From: Octopus sinensis
Lineage: Eukaryota
Direction of reading: 5' to 3'
DNA: 64,000 nt
NCBI RefSeq assembly: GCF_006345805.1
Contig: NC_043010.1
Span: 1,984,001 to 2,048,000, forward strand
Shown: piece after piece, positions 39,552-53,301 of the stretch
Position numbering within the stretch: the stretch's first letter is position 1
Layout: the number at the start of each line of letters is the position of its first letter
Position numbers and translations under genes: made by a program
Notes under the pieces: model-generated
Told to the model about the DNA's origin: nothing
The model's input: only the letters and a program-made list of their open reading frames with translations
Databases searched by the model: none

Positions 39552-39778
39552 TCTGGTTTATTCTTTACCTTGCAGAGAGACCTATTTCCTAAAATCCTTC
39601 CCACTTATCAGAGAGGTACTGGGATTGGTGTATATGTATAATGTTCAATGAGGTTATGAATATGAAAGTGTGTGTTTAAGTATCTGTATACACATAATTA
39701 TGTGTATGCAAGAGCATATATATATATATATATTATATATTTATATATATATATATATATATACACTATATAAATAAG

Positions 39779-39886
39779 GTTCAGCAACGATTTGCTTCAC
39801 CATACACCGAAGTTTAGAAATAGCAGTCAAAAAATCTTAGCTATTCCTTCTACTTCGGTGTGTGGTGAAGCAAATCGTTGCTGAAC
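39779..39886. repeat. Fold-back cassette with 35-bp arms (one mismatch) beside (TA)n
   Basis: gttcagcaacgatttgcttcaccatacaccgaagt and acttcggtgtgtggtgaagcaaatcgttgctgaac. Confidence 0.92.
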
Positions 39887-40773
39887 ACTAATTATATAGT
39901 ATTACCTAAACTTACCATGAAATGGTCTTTTTTCATGCCGAATTCTACTTGGTGAAATTATTGATTACTTCTTAATTAATTAATTTCATCCTTTGTTATT
40001 ATTGATATATATATATATATATATATACGTGAGTAAATTGTACTTTATAATATCACTGTATAGATATGCTTTCTCATATATATATATAGATTAACCTGGT
40101 AACATGTGTAGCTGTATATGTGAGTGCATGTAAATACATATGGGGAGTATATAAATTTTTATTTATGTGTATAAATGTAAATGAGTGTGCATGTGTAAAT
40201 TTAAGTACATGATGTATCTTGTAGTAATGTATGTTTGTGTCTGTGTATGTTTGCGTATATATTTATGTTTTTCGGTATAGACACATATATTCCAACATAA
40301 TTTGGTCATAAGTGCATGAATAGCAATATTCAAATGCATGTGTTTATGCTTACACAGTTTCAGTGTAAGTACTTGTGGTTATGTACATGTTTAATTTAAT
40401 AAGAGCCAAGGTATATACATACATACATACATACATATATATATATATACACATAATATATACATATATATATATATATACATAATATATATATACATAC
40501 ATATATATATATGCACATAATATATATATATATATATATATATATGTAAAACAGTTTGACTCAACTCCACATGGCTTAAAAGCTCCATTGGCAAGTAGGA
40601 CACATCCATCTCATTAGATACTGAGAGCATCTGATGAGATGAACATGTTCTGTCAATACATGAAACTTCAAGACATGTGGAGCTAAGACAAACCTTTATT
40701 AAAAATATAAGTAACTTGTATCAAGTGTGTTGAGTGCTACTTTCTTTCATTTGTTCACTCACTCATGTGTATG

Positions 40774-40827
<54 letters not shown>

Positions 40828-41500
40828 ACACACACACATATATATACAATATATATATATGTATATGTGTGTTATTGAATATTTACTTTTGTTACCAAGA
40901 GACTACAAAACAGAATTTATCAGCAGAAGCACAGTTGGGTAATATAACATATGTGAGACTTTGAACCTTGTCTAAATATTTACTGATATATTTAGTTGGC
41001 ATTACATGATGCATGAGAAATAGACTTGAATATGTCATCATGAATTAATCTTATTAACCCTCTGAGGATTAAATGGAGATAGAAGCTGGGTATTAAGCTA
41101 TAATAAATATATTGGGAATTAATAGGGGTCAGTAATCAATATTGTCCAAGTCTATCTCAATGTTAAACCGATGTTCAGGGTGCATAAATAGTTTCTTTGA
41201 TTATTGAGCCAGTATTAGGTGTTTATGTCAATTAGTTCATGCTGATATAATTTAATGGTTGAGAAAGAAATATTTTTGCCATATCTGTAAAATATTTTAG
41301 AGAAAATGCTTGCAAGGGGTTTGATTATCCAACAAATTTTTCAGAATCTATTTAATCTTTTAATACATAAATCTGATTTTCCTTTGACAAAATAGGAAGG
41401 ATCTTGAGAAGTACATTGTACACTACTTGTTATTTTGGTATTCTATGTAACTGGTACCAAGATTTTTGATAAATTTTTGTTCAATGATTAGATTATGAAC

Positions 41501-41532
<32 letters not shown>

Positions 41533-41999
41533 CGTACATATGTACATATTTTTGCATTTATTCATCTAATATTTGTTATACATTCTTTAAGTATAATAAA
41601 GTTATCTGAATAGAGATAAAGATATGTCGTGAAGCTTTATTTTATTTTGTTTGTTGAGCCCCAGGTCAGCCCTGATTAAGCAGATTAAAGACATTCTAGT
41701 CAAGACCCTTCCATGGGATTTTGTTTTGGTGGGTGTTTTTATATATCTAAGACTATATTGCTTGATCTGTTCTTGTTATATTCATTTTCCTTTTTTAATT
41801 GATGATAGTAAAGTGTTATTTGGTTGCTATTTCTAGCAGGTTGCGTAAGTATGTTAAGGTTGTCTCAGTGAGTCATGCTTAGATGCAGAGAGGACACCAG
41901 TGGTCTGGAACATTTTGTAATCCACAATAATTTACAAGCAGGAACTTCTAATTCCTGTGGCCATGAGACTAGATTATTTGAACAAGACAGCATTCATCC

Positions 42000-42215
42000 T
42001 TGCTACTATAGGCACAAGGCCCATAATTCTGAGGGGAGGGGGATGAGTTGATTATATAAACCCCAGTGCTCAACTGGTGCTTATTTCATTAACTCCAAAA
42101 TGATGAAAGATATTGTTGACCTCAGCAGAATTTGAACTCAGAATGTATAGACGGACAAAATGCCACTAAGCATTTTGTCCAGCATGCTAACGATTCTGTT
42201 AGCTCATTGCCCTTA
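42000..42215 (-). mobile_element. SINE family B
   Basis: ggcacaaggccc...ccccagtgctcaactggtgc...gaatttgaactcagaatg...gcatgctaacgattctg. Confidence 0.8.
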
Positions 42216-42562
42216 CAGTATAATCTGAATGCTGAAGGGTTAAACTCTTACAGTACAGTAAAAATAAGCTTGTATCATTTACACTAATGTATAAGTACCT
42301 GTAATTCATTTGAATAAATCTAATATTTGTTTGATTAAAATTGTGTTAACAAAGGTGATCCTCCCCGTTTCAGAAAAATCAGTAATGCCAGAAATGCTTC
42401 TGTAAGTGAAGCTTCCAGAAAATCAACATTGCACCTGCATATTGTTGCAATGGCTTGCATCAAAATTCATTACAACTTTGCTGCTTTAAAGCTTTGATTG
42501 TGAAACCCTCCTTCTCAGGACAGCCTCAATCAAGCAGACTTATTCTGTTTCAAAGATGTAAT

Positions 42563-42568
42563 TTTATT
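42563..42568 (-). terminator. Candidate polyadenylation signal AATAAA for the 44611 exon
   Basis: Minus-strand AATAAA near the end of an element-free tract about 1.8 kb downstream of the stop at 44331. Confidence 0.3.
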
Positions 42569-44330
42569 ACGTAGTTATGCATAATGGGTTGTGGAAAGGA
42601 GCTATAAGAACTAGAACCATTGCTATCTGTGTTTCACTGGTTTAGGAGATGTTAAATGGTGAGGAAAGGGCTATTTTCCTTTTCTCTTTCACATTTTCCG
42701 CTTCTCTCTCTGCTTTTTTTTACATTTTTTTACCAAGGGATTCTCTTGTCTTTCATTTTTAAAAATTTTAATTCCTTTTTTGCGCACTTTTATTGTTTCA
42801 ATACTATTATTAATATTATTAGTATTATTATTAGCAAAATTATTATTGTTATTATTATTATCAGTATTATTCTGCTTCTAACTTGTAAAGATGGCATATC
42901 AATAGCATAGCACCAATGAATATTGGGAGAGGTGATGATGATAAGAAGGCAATGAGGATGATATGAAGGCGATGATGGTGCTGATAACGATGGTGTTGAT
43001 GATGACAACAACAACAACAACAATAATAATTTATAATAATAATAATAATAATAGCTTGAAATGGATGCCATATGTAATTTATAAAGGGAATAGATAAATG
43101 GAAAGTTATGATTTTCATGCCTTTCTTTAATAAGGGCATTAATCATGAACTGGGACCTGAAGATTGGGCGACACTTGGGCTACAAATTCAGTTTAATAAG
43201 AACTTAACCAGCCAACCAGTGGCATTCTATGAAGGCTATAGATTTCCTTTATATAAGGTTAACTTATATTTCAAAGATGCAGAATAAAGCTGATAGAATC
43301 ATCATCTGCAACCAACCAGTACCAGTAATATATTGGTTCCAGTATATAAATGGTACTAATCTCACTGGTTTTGAAGTGTGGGCAGGTAGGAGGGGTGTCG
43401 AAAGGCAAATTTCAATTGTGGCAGGAGTGGAATATAGATCAACGAAGTTTAGAGCCAGTTGCAGTGAAGCATCCAGCTTTTGGCATTCTTTCCATCTCAA
43501 GCTATTGTTGTCATAGAAACTATATTGATAACGATGATAATGATGATGATGATACCAATATAGATAATAATATGAAAAGATAACACATACATATAAATAT
43601 GGTTAAGCTTTGAATATTATTTCAGCCATTTAAAATATTTTTCCCCTCTTCTTTTCCTTCTTTTCCTTCTTTTTCTTCTTCAAAAAAAAAAAAAAAATTC
43701 GGAACATTGCTGCGCAACAAGTGTTGATAATGCCATTATGCATGTGCATTTGTTTTTTTGCTTTTAAATTTTAAACTATAATTTATTATCAGTGATTATA
43801 TTTCTTTGGCAGAGCAGGGTGGAAAAATAGCATGTATAGTGTAATGGGGCAAGGGATTTAAAAAAAAAAAAAAAAAAAAGGAAAAAAATGTAGTAGCATT
43901 TTGGTTCAAGTTTGTTCAGTGAGAACTTGGTTTAGTTTAGTTTGGTAACAAAAAAGCTTTCATCTCAAATTCTTCTGTTTCATTGCCTTTTAAATTCATT
44001 TTTGTTATTTGAATTAATTTTTTGTGGGAAGGCTCTTTTTAGGGACAACATTCTGGGAAAATGGTACTGGCAGACCACATTTTTCTTTTGCTGATATTTT
44101 TTCTTATCATTATTTGTTTATTTCTTCCTTTTATTTCATTTTGTGCTTTTAAAAAATTTTAAGATTTATATTTTAAAATTTGTCATTAAGTTTATTTATT
44201 ATGACTATCATTTCTTTCTCATAGTCCCTTGATATCTTGACGCTTCTGGCCAATAAAACATTCATTATTGTAATAATTATTATTAATTTTATGTATTATC
44301 ATCAATATTATTATTAGTAGTAGTAATATT

Positions 44331-44611
44331 TTATGCATATGGTAGTTTGGGTAGAGCTGGAAGTGGTTTGGCATAAGATGTGAAACTATTCCTCATCGGT
44401 AGGTTCCAAGGCTGCGATGGTATAGTGGAACCACTGCTACCTACTCGAATAGATTTTAGATCGATGATGTCGGTGCAAGGTGTGCCCTGCCCCACATTGG
44501 ACTGGTAGATAAGTTTGGGGGTGGCACTAGGGTCTTTAAATCTACCGAGGGATTTTGATAAGGCTTTGCCATCTGTAGTTTGAACTGCCTTCGGTTGGTA
44601 GGATATGATAC
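44331..44611 (-). CDS. Probable terminal coding exon of an unidentified gene
   Basis: Strong acceptor ctctttttttttttcttttgtccag|G. The unique GC-richer sequence ends exactly at the TAA of the phase-1 frame GIISYQPKAVQTTDGKALSK...YAKPLPALPKLPYA*. The phase-0 frame (VSYPTNRRQFK...SSI*) is also open for 51 aa. No family was recognised. Confidence 0.6.
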
Positions 44612-45397
44612 CTGGACAAAAGAAAAAAAAAAAGAGAATTCTAATGAGGTACATTCATTTACAAATGAGGCCATTTTAGTGTGGTGCTGATAGAATTAGT
44701 TAAATGAGGTGTGCAGTGTAAGCATTTCTACCATGATACTGGCCCATGGGGCTTATTTTCCTCCCTGAGGAAGAATGGAACTCTGCAAACAATACGAACT
44801 AATGAAATAATCATTGATTAAGTACAGTGCAGTACCTAATTATGCAGAACTCCACCTGCCTGTCTGTGGTGCATATTTAGAGCTAAGTGGACTGAGGTCA
44901 GGGTGGTTTAAGTGTCTCTGGTCATGGACAACAACAGCACATTGCATGTGACAGGATATCACCTGTCGGCAATTGGTCCATTTATCCAAAACACTATCAA
45001 CTCAGCCAGATGTGACACTTTATAAAACGAATGCAACAAAACATACATTGAGAAAGATTTAAAAGAGATGGAAAAAAAATACTTAAATAAACAAAAATAA
45101 ATACATTTATAAGCAAATAAACAAACAATTGAATAAATACAATACAAATAAAATAACCAAAAGACATCCTTTGAACAAAAGCTTTTACCGAATAATAAAA
45201 AGGGAAAAAGAAAGCAGTAGTTTATTTTTCTGGTTTGGTAAGTTTTTACCTGTGGGTCTATATTTTCAAAATGAGTTAATGTGAACATAATTTAGGCACA
45301 CCAAACTATTAAACTCAAATATTGTGTTCCTATCCACACTGGTTTTCATTCAGTCCATTCAGTGACAATCTTCAAGCATTATTGTTCAAATACATAC

Positions 45398-45433
<36 letters not shown>

Positions 45434-47148
45434 ATATGAGGCATGTGGACTGTATCAACATAATGTAATAAAGGTGTTTCCCTGAAGAATTGTTCTGGAT
45501 CTGCTGAGGATGCAAACAGCCACATTGGGGAAATATGTATAGGGAACAAATAGTAGAGACTGCATCTTGTATTTATCATGCATATCCATACATATGTATA
45601 TATATATATATAAAACCATAGTCAGCACTTGCAAGTAAGTATGACTTGATTACATGTTCCACACTTTTGCTAATTACTCTTGGTATCTATGTAATTTAAA
45701 GAAGACATAGACACTCTCTAAGCCTTTCCACCACCATTGACTCAGTGGTAGCGAGATGAAGAAAGGTCTGCACTACCAGTCAGGTGGTACTCATTTTCGG
45801 CTGATATGAAACAAACACCTTGCCCACAGACACAGGTAAGACACAATGTTCTATCTGGTCCAAGAAACAAAACAACAATCTCATGATCATGAGGCTGACA
45901 CCCAATACCTTCACACACATGCATGTAAGCACACACACATATATATGAGTATATGTAACTCTGTATGTGTGTGTGTGTATATGTGTGTATGTGTGTGTGC
46001 ATGTGTTTATTGTTCTCATACAAGAATGTTGTTGACTTTGACATCAATGTTTCATCAGCTAACCCATTGTTGGACTGCAAAACTATGAAGTTACAGTCGA
46101 CCACATTCTTGCATAAGTATAATAAATTTGTACTCTACAGAAGTATAGAGTAACCTATCAGATTAACATTAATATAAAATAAATTCTATTATAACTGAAC
46201 ATAAAAACAAACACATATATATATATATTTATATATATATATATATATATTTATAATAATATGATATGTATATGTTGTTTTGTCAATGCATATGTGTGTG
46301 TACATATATATATATGCATTCTAATGTATAAGCATATTTATATATTTCACAAAAGCTGATTGTGGTGTACACTCTGGAATACATGTCTTATTACTAAGTA
46401 TTAGTAAACACTGAAGAAGTGAATATAAGGTTTCAACAAACAATTATGTATTCTGGCAATAATCTGAGGAAACATGTGTATGCTTTCGTAAAGCGTTAAC
46501 TACCTTCTATGTTTTCTGATTTTATTAATGCCATTATTACATGGGTCATACTCCACACACTAGCCTCTCCCATGGTTTGACACCTCACCTTGTACTGCAC
46601 TGGATATAGGAGTGGAGTATACAAACTACTACAGAGTTCGAATTTTGGTTTATATATGTGTGCATGCATGTGCATGCATAAGCATTGTTTGACTGCGCTT
46701 GATCGACAAATGAAATTTGACCTATCTGTGTGTCAGGTCTTAAGCAAGTGTTTTGTGGTAGAGTCAAAGTCATTTTTGTCATAAAAAGTACCTTGATATG
46801 CAGAAATGTTGAATATCAGAGATCAGATCGTAAATATAATACGAAAGATTTTCTGTATCTAATATATTGCATTATTACTATTATTATCCTTATTACTAGA
46901 AAATAGTAATATAAGAGAATATAACAGTTTATGCACATTTTGAATCTGCAATGACTCTACCATGATGCATATATGTATATATCTATATATATATATAATA
47001 TATATATATGCCTAAACTGAACTTGAAACTTCCATTTTTAATGCAGTGTTTTATCAACTGTCTTCTCATCTGCCATGCCACAGTCTCGTAGAAAGAGATA
47101 CTGAAATAAGTTTTAAATATCATAAAGTTTAACACGTACCTGTCGTAC

Positions 47149-47228
47149 GGGGCTGCAGCAGAGTGGATAAGAGCGTTGAAACCCTGCGTTAGAAACAAAG
47201 GGTTAGAGTTCAATCCTAGCCGAAGGAA
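47149..47228 (+). pseudogene. Degenerate tRNA-like sequence (tRNA pseudogene or solo SINE head)
   Basis: GGGGCTGCAGCAGAGTGGATAAGAGCG resembles a tRNA 5' half with an A box, and GTTCAATCC is a B box. The acceptor and anticodon stems do not pair. Confidence 0.6.
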
Positions 47229-47564
47229 TATGATTTTTTTTATATATATGTAGTACCTAAAGGTGATTGAAGACTAGACTGATGGTAATATAATATAGAT
47301 AGAAATATGCTCACACACACAATAAAAAAGATGTGGCTTATAGTTTTAATGTCCCAAAATTAGTCCACACTCTCCTACCTGCAATAACAATTTATGGGAA
47401 GCGGGAAGCATATAGAAAAAATATTTGGAAGTGTAGCATCCATATCGTTGTCAAGAGTATTGTGTCCTTCTACAAGTGATTGGATATTTAGTTGAGGTTT
47501 TGAGTCTAACACTTAATTCTTGCGACACATATAGACACAAAGGAACAAAAATAGAGAAACATGA

Positions 47565-47611
<47 letters not shown>

Positions 47612-48129
47612 TATATGAGGTACAGCTCTTTACAATATGATTCATTTTGTAATATTCCAAAACAATGGGATAACATTGATACTGCTATGGTGTATCACAT
47701 CGCATGAAAAGCAATATTGAATGTGTGAGTGTGTTATCATATTGAGCAGATGATCAAATGTTGGTATACACTGCTGGTCACAATGCACTTCCTTGCATTG
47801 TTGTAGCTTTCAAATGATGCTACTGGCTAGGCAGGCAGGCAGGCCTATGGCATACAAGTGACCGAGATCATGAGAGGGAACAAGGAAACAAGTATATCAC
47901 ATGGTCACTCATTTACAGCTGAGTGGATTGCAGCAACATGAAGTATTGTGTGATATCAAATAAGATTAAAAAGTGTTAAAATCTCAGAGCCTTTTGGGCA
48001 GCAATCTTATATGATCAGTAATAGTAAAACACAGTAATACTAAAACAGGTGCTGCAGTAATGGAATGTCAGGTAGACAGATAGGAATAGAAGACTTCTTT
48101 CAGTCATGTTCGATGGACAGAAAATATTA

Positions 48130-49500
48130 CTCTTATTGTTGTTTAGTTCCAGGTCATCTCTGATTGAATTGATCAATGAGCAAAAGAATTCCACTTGTGA
48201 CCAACCAAAATCATTTGAGCAATGCTGATGGAATATTTTCCACATCATGCAGATGTTGTAGTGGCATTGGAGAGAAAAAAGCTTGAGCTTTTCTAGTCGA
48301 CCTCAATAGTCAAGGCCTGTCATGCCATCCATCTTTTCTTGTAATTAACCTTTGAGGTGCTACAATTTTCATGATACTTTATTTCATGCGGGGAAACTAC
48401 AGTGGACAAGAGTATTCAAGGTGGGGTCGGGCAAAAATGGAAAAGAGGAAGATAATGGTGTGAGTATCTCTTGACTGGAAAGTTCTGAGAATCCAGGAAC
48501 ATATTCTGTAGGCCATGTCAATTTTGCTGTTTATATGAGCGGCCCAAGTCTCTGATATTTTTGGATGCCATGAGAGTTTCACCTGAAGGAAGGGAGTATG
48601 GGAGTTTCAGGGCATCCTCTTTCCCAAAGTGTGATAACTCAAATGTGTCCTTGTTTAGCAACATATAATTCTTTTATGCCCATTGGATGACAGCCAATAG
48701 ATCTGACTGAAGGCATGCCCAGTCACCCACTTCACTGACGACCTTTTGGATCTTGGAATCATCTGCAAAGATTCTTATGTGACTGTGCTTGATGAAGTCA
48801 GCAATGTCACTGATGTAGATGATGAAAAGAAGTGGGCTCAGCACAGTGCCTTGTGGGACACTCCTACTGACTTTGGCTGGGCTTGATTTTACTCCTTCAA
48901 CTACAATGTGTGTGTTCTGCCTGTACTAACTTTCCAGAGGCACCAATGTTGGATAGCTTTTTCAAGAGGATCTTATGATCCACCCTGTAAAAGGCCTGCT
49001 GAAATTAAGGTAGGTGACATCAGTATTTAAGCCCTCTCCCAAAGCTTTCAAAATGTCATCAAGGTGATGCAGGAGCTGCGTTAGTCAGTTCTTTCCATTA
49101 CAGAATCTGTATTGGCTGCTGTTCACCATTCTGTTGCTTTCAAGAAAGTAGGTTATCCATGATCTCACCACCCTCTCAAATACCTTAATGATATGAGAGG
49201 TGAACGAAATTGGCTAGTAGTTCACTGCAAGGGACTTGTTTCTTTCTTTGAAAACTGGGACAGAAAGTTCTCAGGAATATAACCAGTATCTAGTGAGTTC
49301 CTCCACAGATTAGCAAGAGGAGATACAAGTTAGTGTCAGCACACCTTCAGAACACAAGCAGGGAATTGTATTTAATTTCATTTATTGCCACTAAGACATC
49401 AGGTGTACCAAAGGTTATGTTCAATATAGTGTGTTGAGGATTAACATCACTGACACAATCCAGATCAGCCATATCAAGATTGTTAAAAACGGATCAGTAC
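48130..49500 (-). mobile_element. Decayed CR1/L2-type LINE (reverse-transcriptase region)
   Basis: Minus-strand pieces AFYRVDHKILLKKLSNIG, GVPQGTVLSPLLFIIYISDIADFIKHSHIRIFADDSKI and RICSWILRTFQSRDTHTIIFLFSIFARPHLEYSCPL, with many frameshifts. Confidence 0.85.
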
Positions 49501-49940
49501 TCATTCATGGTTTATGCATTATCTTGGAGATTGCCATTTTCATCAATTCAAGGGCCAGCAGTGGAGACAATGACTTTGTGATTTGGGTTTACGATCATGA
49601 GCTGAATGCCCTAACCACTAAGCTATGTGCCTTCACACACACACACACATATATAATCCATATTTTTATTGCTTTTCTTTTGTCTTGCTCGATTACATTT
49701 TGGTTGTTTGCTAAATTTTTCTTGAGAACATTTCTTAGTAGTAAGACCATAGCGGATCTACTTCTAGCATAAGGGTTGTCCACATAGTGGTCATCCCTCT
49801 CATACGTATATATATATAAACATATATATGTATGTATATATGTATATGTCTATCTATGTATATATGTGTGTATATGTCTATATATATATATATTTATAAA
49901 TATGTCTGTGTATATATATATATATATATATATGTATATG

Positions 49941-49989
<49 letters not shown>

Positions 49990-50624
49990 TTATAATGTAT
50001 ATATATATGTATATATTCATATGCATGAATACTTGTATATGTTTTGATGGAAATATGCATGTGTATATAATTATATATGTGTGTCTATGTACACCTGTCT
50101 GACATTCCCTCCCCCTCTCTCTCTGTATTTATATATATATTTATATATATATAAATACAGAGAGAGAGGGAGAGGGAATGTATATATATATCTATATATA
50201 CATCTGTATATATATATATATAGATAGATAGATATGCACACACACACACACACACACGTGCAAAATGAGTTTGTAATGTGCTTGCAATCTGGAACAGTGC
50301 TAACAGTGGATGTTAGTGTATGAAACAACTGAATTTTACACTATACATGCTTTGTCTTTTCTCTTTGGTTAATCACCTTAATTCAGTGACAGCTTACATT
50401 TATGCTTGTCTATTCCATTACACACAACAGCTGATTAATACTATATGCTATAGGGATATATATTGCACGATACACATGCTGAATGTGTGTGTATCTATAT
50501 ATATATATTGTGTGTGTGTGTATATTTATATATGTATATACTATATTTTATACATGTATAATGTGCATACACATGTGTGAATATCTATCTGCTTGTCTGT
50601 CTGTGTATCTATCTATCTATCTAT

Positions 50625-50698
<74 letters not shown>

Positions 50699-51143
50699 TA
50701 TATATATATATATACAAACACACACACATATACATTTGTTCATGTATGATGTGTGGTGGGTGTGGATAGAGATGAGAAAACTGAGGATTAGGCAAAAGTG
50801 GTACTCCTAAGTGGATCCTTGTTTCTATTAGTGCCATTAAAACTCTTAGACTAAAATTCTAAAAATGAAATGAATAGCTCTTTCCGGAGCTTTTTTCACT
50901 TTTGCTCTACCTTCCACTCTCTCTGTCTCTCTCTCTCATACACACACTCTATCTATCTCTCACTCTCTTCTCTTTTCTGCACATTTACTTTTGCTGCACT
51001 TCATGCATACTTCATGACTGACAACTGATTTATGGAACAGTGCACTTCCTGGCTCTAATGCACCCAGAGATGGAAGGAAAAAGAAAATGATGAATGTAAT
51101 AGAGCTGGAGGGAAATGAGGACATGAAGAGAAAGAAAGAATTT

Positions 51144-51146
<3 letters not shown>

Positions 51147-51179
<33 letters not shown>

Positions 51180-51378
51180 TAGACGAGTAGATAGATAGAT
51201 AGGTAGAGGGACAGATAGATAGATAGATAGATAGAGGGACAGATAGATAGATAAATAGATAGGTAGAGGGACAGATAGATAGATAGATAGGTAGATAGGT
51301 AGATAGATAGATTAGAAAGATAGATAGATAGATTATAAAGATAGATAGATAGATTAGATAGATAGATAGATAGATAGA
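51147..51378. repeat. (CAGA)n/(TAGA)n tetranucleotide microsatellite
   Basis: Direct inspection. A second (TAGA)n tract is at 54965-55040. Confidence 0.95.
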
Positions 51379-53270
51379 GAGTTTGAAAGCAAAGGAGAGA
51401 GGGAGCTAACTAACAATGGATGAAAGAGCTTCTGAGAGTTGATGAGGGATAAAAAGACTGAAAATATGAGTGTCAGCAAGGACTTAGAGAAGGAGAAAAA
51501 GAGTGTCCGTGTACATAGGATGAATGAAGACACATTAGAAGAGAAGGTGAGAGAGGAAGAAAGAGAGAGAGTAGTAAAAGGAGAGAGTAGAAAATGGGAG
51601 AGAGAATGTGTGTGTGTGTGAAGATGGTTTGAGAGAGTGTAGAAGAAGCAGAGATGGAAAAATGATTGAAGGATATTGGGGTGGATATTCTTGATGGTCA
51701 ACGACACTAATGATAATCACTATAAAATTAAATGAAAATGATGAGGGGCAAGATGGTTGATGACTTTATTACTGTTATGATGACGATGATGATAGGCAAT
51801 AAATGATGTCTCTACGATATGATGTAACGATGACGATGATAAAGACTGATGTGATATCAGACTATGAACAAAACAAGATAGATACGCTATGACAATGATG
51901 ATAAAGACGATGAGATGGATACATCATAAGAAGAATGGTAAGATAACTAGAGAGGGACAAAGAGGATAAGGTAACTATGATGAGATAATGATGATGATGA
52001 TAGGATGGATACACTGTGACAAGGACACAATACATACAAGGTGACAATGATGATGATGATGACATAATGGAGTTAAGGTGATAGTGATAATGACACAATA
52101 GGTACAACTGGACGATGACAATGATGAGACAAACAATACATTGTGATGATGATGATGATGATGACACAATTTGCTAATGAGGATGATGACATAACAGAGA
52201 CAAGTTGACAATGATGATGAGACAATAGGTACAACTGGACGATGACAATGATGAGACAAACAATACAAAATCTAAAGAAAGTTAATAGTAAATTTGGCCG
52301 CCATGAGGTGTGAAAAAATTGACATTTTGAATGATGGTCCTTTGTCTGCTCCTGACAGCAACTAAACTCACTAAAAACTCCTCTAAATTCCCTTTGGATT
52401 TACCTTATTATCATTGTTGGCAATGAAGGTCCACAACAGTTTTTTTTTTGTTTTTTTTATCAAAATGTGGATTTTTATCTTATACAATACAACGATAAAG
52501 ATGACAAAACAATATTGATGGCAATGAACATGACGAGGGTGATTATGATGACAATGACCACAACAATGGCAAAATGGAAGATGGACAGTGGTTATAACTT
52601 GGTAAGATAGATGATAGTGACAGAGACAACTGAAATTATTTTGAAGATGATGATGATATTGTTTATAACGATGTCGGCTAAGGGATATTTTGTTAGCGTT
52701 AAAAATCACAAGAATTTAATACTTAAATTCCAATTTCCATAGCATTGAAGATATAGAAGAGATGACTTTTCCTCTTGGCTATGAAGCTAGGCTATATCTA
52801 GGTTATAACTTACTCTGATACTCAGTACTGGCAAAATTCAACTCAGTACACCAATATTACTAACACACTTATTAATTCTACAGTTAAGTTACCACATTTT
52901 GCGCTAAAGAAATTATGGACCATATATTTTGTATCTACTTAGACCTATATAAATTACATTATTTGAGAGTTAAAAGTTTATTGATTAGAGACATGAGGTA
53001 AAATTGGCTGATAACACCCAATCTCGCATTACTCTGTGTGTGTGCATGTGTTTAAATATATACATATATATATATTAGGGTTGAGTGCTTCTCTAGAAAT
53101 ACCGTAACTTCACACCTTACCAGGACCTTAGACTTTTGCTCTATACTGAATATATATTTCGTATATTTGAACATATTTAATTGAGCACTAAAAGGGATTT
53201 TCCAACAAGATGAAGAAAATTTACATTGATGTGTTAAAGAATTTAATTTGTCTTATTATTTGGTGTATAT

Positions 53271-53301
<31 letters not shown>

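Noticed and set aside
43229-43516. Overlapping ORFs on both strands in a GC-richer patch
   Set aside because: No splice signals or recognisable domain; the patch lies inside the putative 3'UTR of the 44611 exon.
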